Below, in pieces: positions 61,757-64,000 of a stretch of 64,000 nt of DNA (the first letter of the stretch is position 1; the number at the start of each line of letters is the position of its first letter). Source of the stretch: Eledone cirrhosa (lineage: Eukaryota). The notes beneath the pieces are model-generated. The model worked only from the letters and a program-made list of their open reading frames with translations, was not told the DNA's origin and made no database searches. The translations under genes and the position numbers were made by a program. The stretch covers positions 46,934,001 to 46,998,000 of the forward strand of contig OZ024751.1 in NCBI GenBank assembly GCA_964016885.1, in the 5' to 3' direction.

Positions 61757-61818
<62 letters not shown>

Positions 61819-61883
61819 GGTGGTGGTGGTGGTGGTGGTGGTGGTGGTGGTGGTGGTGGAGAGGGGGTTAGTGGGGGGTGCTC

Positions 61884-61944
<61 letters not shown>

Positions 61945-62645
61945 AAGTAGTAGTAGTAGTAGTAGTAGAAGTAGTAGTAGTAGTAGTAGTAGTTGTTGTT
62001 GTAGTTGTAGTTGTAGTAGTAATATTAATAGTAGAATTAGTTGTTGCTGTATGTGTGTGTGTGTGTGTGTGTCTATGGGACTGCGTAGCTTTGTCTGTGT
62101 GGGTCTGTGGGGATGCATGTGTTTGTGTGTGTGTATGTGTGTGTGTGTATGTGTGTGTGTGTGTTTATGTTTGTGGCTTTGTCTGTATGGTTGTGTGCGT
62201 GTGTGTAGTTCTATATGTGTGAATGTGGCTCTGTGTGTGTGTATGTGTGCTTGTGGCTATGTGTGTGTGTCTGTGTGTATCACTGTGTGTATCACTGTGT
62301 GTATTTGTGTGACTGCATGTCTGTATATGTGCGTATGTGCATGTGTGCATGTATGTTTAGGACTGTGTGTGTTTGTGTGACTGTGTCTCTGTGCGTGTCT
62401 GTGTTGTTGTGGCTGGGTGCGTATGTGTGTGTGTATGTGTCTGTAGCTGGATATGTGTATGTGTGTGTATATGTGTGTGTGTGTATGTGAGTGTGTGTAT
62501 GTGTGTGTATATGTGTGTAGTTGTGTATGTCCGTGTGTGTATGTATGTTAGTGGCTGTGTGTGTGATTATATATGTGGCTGCGTGTGTGTTTGTGGCTGG
62601 GTGCGTATATATATGTGTGTGTATATATGTGTCTCTGACTGTGTG

Positions 62646-62683
<38 letters not shown>

Positions 62684-62700
62684 TCCGTGTGTATGTGAAG
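61757..62700. repeat. (TAG)n/(TGG)n and degenerate (TG)n repeats
   Basis: Direct reading. Confidence 0.9.
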
Positions 62701-63026
62701 TCTATTGTTACCTGAACTGTTACCGTTGGCTCTCCCTTCTCTCCCCTTCCTTCCTCTTATCGCTCTCCATCTTACTCTCTCCTTATCTCTAACCACCACC
62801 ACCACCACCACCACCACTATGTCTTCCTCTGCCCTCCGCCTCCATCACTATCCCCCCTCCCCCTCTCTCTCTGTTGTACTCCTTCCATCGTCACACCTTC
62901 AATCAGGGAAGGAGGTAGTGGGAGAGATGGGTTCCGTAGGGGAGAGCCATTTGAATGAAACCCTTATTATTCGCGCACACACACACACACACGCATACAT
63001 ACATCTATTTATATTTGCACACATAC

Positions 63027-63080
<54 letters not shown>

Positions 63081-63531
63081 CTTTCCACATATATATTTAC
63101 ATGTAAGTGTGCCACTCTACCGCTCTCCCTCTCTCTCTCTCTTTCTACATATATATATATATAAATATACATATATATACACACACACACATATATATAT
63201 AAAACATAAAGGGAAGCTGTGTCTCCCACACACGAAACGTTTTTTAAACGGTGAACGTCTGCGAATGCTTACTCAGTCCGTTTGATAATTATCCTGGAGT
63301 ACAAATATACCTAGAAACCCATACATACATTACACAGCGCTAACGTATTAGCGCTCGATACGAATGTATATAAATCCATTTATTTATCTATATAAATGTG
63401 TGTATGTAGAACGACGGACAAAAAGCCGCACACATAAAATATATACAAAATATACAAAACAGAATGAGTGAAAAACACTGAGAGGATATTTTGAAAAAAA
63501 AAAATCAAAAAAACATACCAACAAAATATAT

Positions 63532-63649
63532 AATTGTTTCTACTTTTGGCACAAGGCCAGCAATTATTCCAGTGTATTACTGGTACTTTATTTTATCGAC
63601 CCCGTAAGGATGAAAGGAAAAGTTAACCTCGGCGGGATTTGAACTCAGA
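63532..63649 (-). mobile_element. SINE family A 3' part
   Basis: Matches 55135-55253. Confidence 0.8.
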
Positions 63650-63745
63650 TCAAAATATATAATAAGCGAAAAATTGATTTGAAAAGAAAAAAGGAGTTGT
63701 GAGATTTTATTTAAAATATACCCTTTAAAATACACCCGAAACAAA

Positions 63746-64000
63746 ATGGTGATGTATTTGAATAAAGAAATTCTACTTCGGCCTATGACTTGTATTGATT
63801 CAGCAGTGGCTAACGTGAAGTTAGAGCCTTTGACGTCTGTGGCGTTTTCTGTTCCCGCCTCAACTGATCTTCCTCTTACTACTACTTCTGCTACCACTAC
63901 TGACGCTATTATGTCGACAACTAATACTACTACTGCTACTACTGCTATTACTGCTGGTTTTACTGCTAACGAGGATGTTGTTGATTATGTTGGTGTCGGG
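63746..64000 (+). CDS. Possible first coding exon, open to the window end
   Basis: acaaaATGG start context; 85 stop-free codons MVMYLNKEILLRPMTCIDSAVANVKLEPLTSVAF...TTT...VGVG; no recognisable domain. Confidence 0.35.
   Translation, partial: MVMYLNKEILLRPMTCIDSAVANVKLEPLTSVAFSVPASTDLPLTTTSATTTDAIMSTTNTTTATTAITAGFTANEDVVDYVGVG

Overview
AT-rich, microsatellite-dense eukaryotic DNA; composition and SINE content suggest a cephalopod such as Octopus (inference). No complete host gene is visible, and nearly all ORF-track entries are simple-repeat artefacts. Main contents: (1) a ~26.2-kb array of a 63-bp tandem repeat (~4907-31107, ~416 units) with block duplications and a central quasi-palindrome; (2) two Penelope-like element (PLE) fragments encoding RT C-terminus/GIY-YIG endonuclease, with inverted pseudo-LTRs; (3) many short tandem/inverted non-coding modules sitting in (TA)n tracts. 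About eight sequence-distinct type I hammerhead ribozyme folds can be read by eye in (2) and (3), several with non-canonical cores (U3-A8 covariation, A at position 4, U-U at the base of helix II), and two occur in tandem 596-bp and 315-bp retrozyme-like units; (4) tRNA-derived SINEs and decayed RTE, CR1-like and RLE-type LINE fragments; (5) a possible first coding exon running off the right end (63746-64000).
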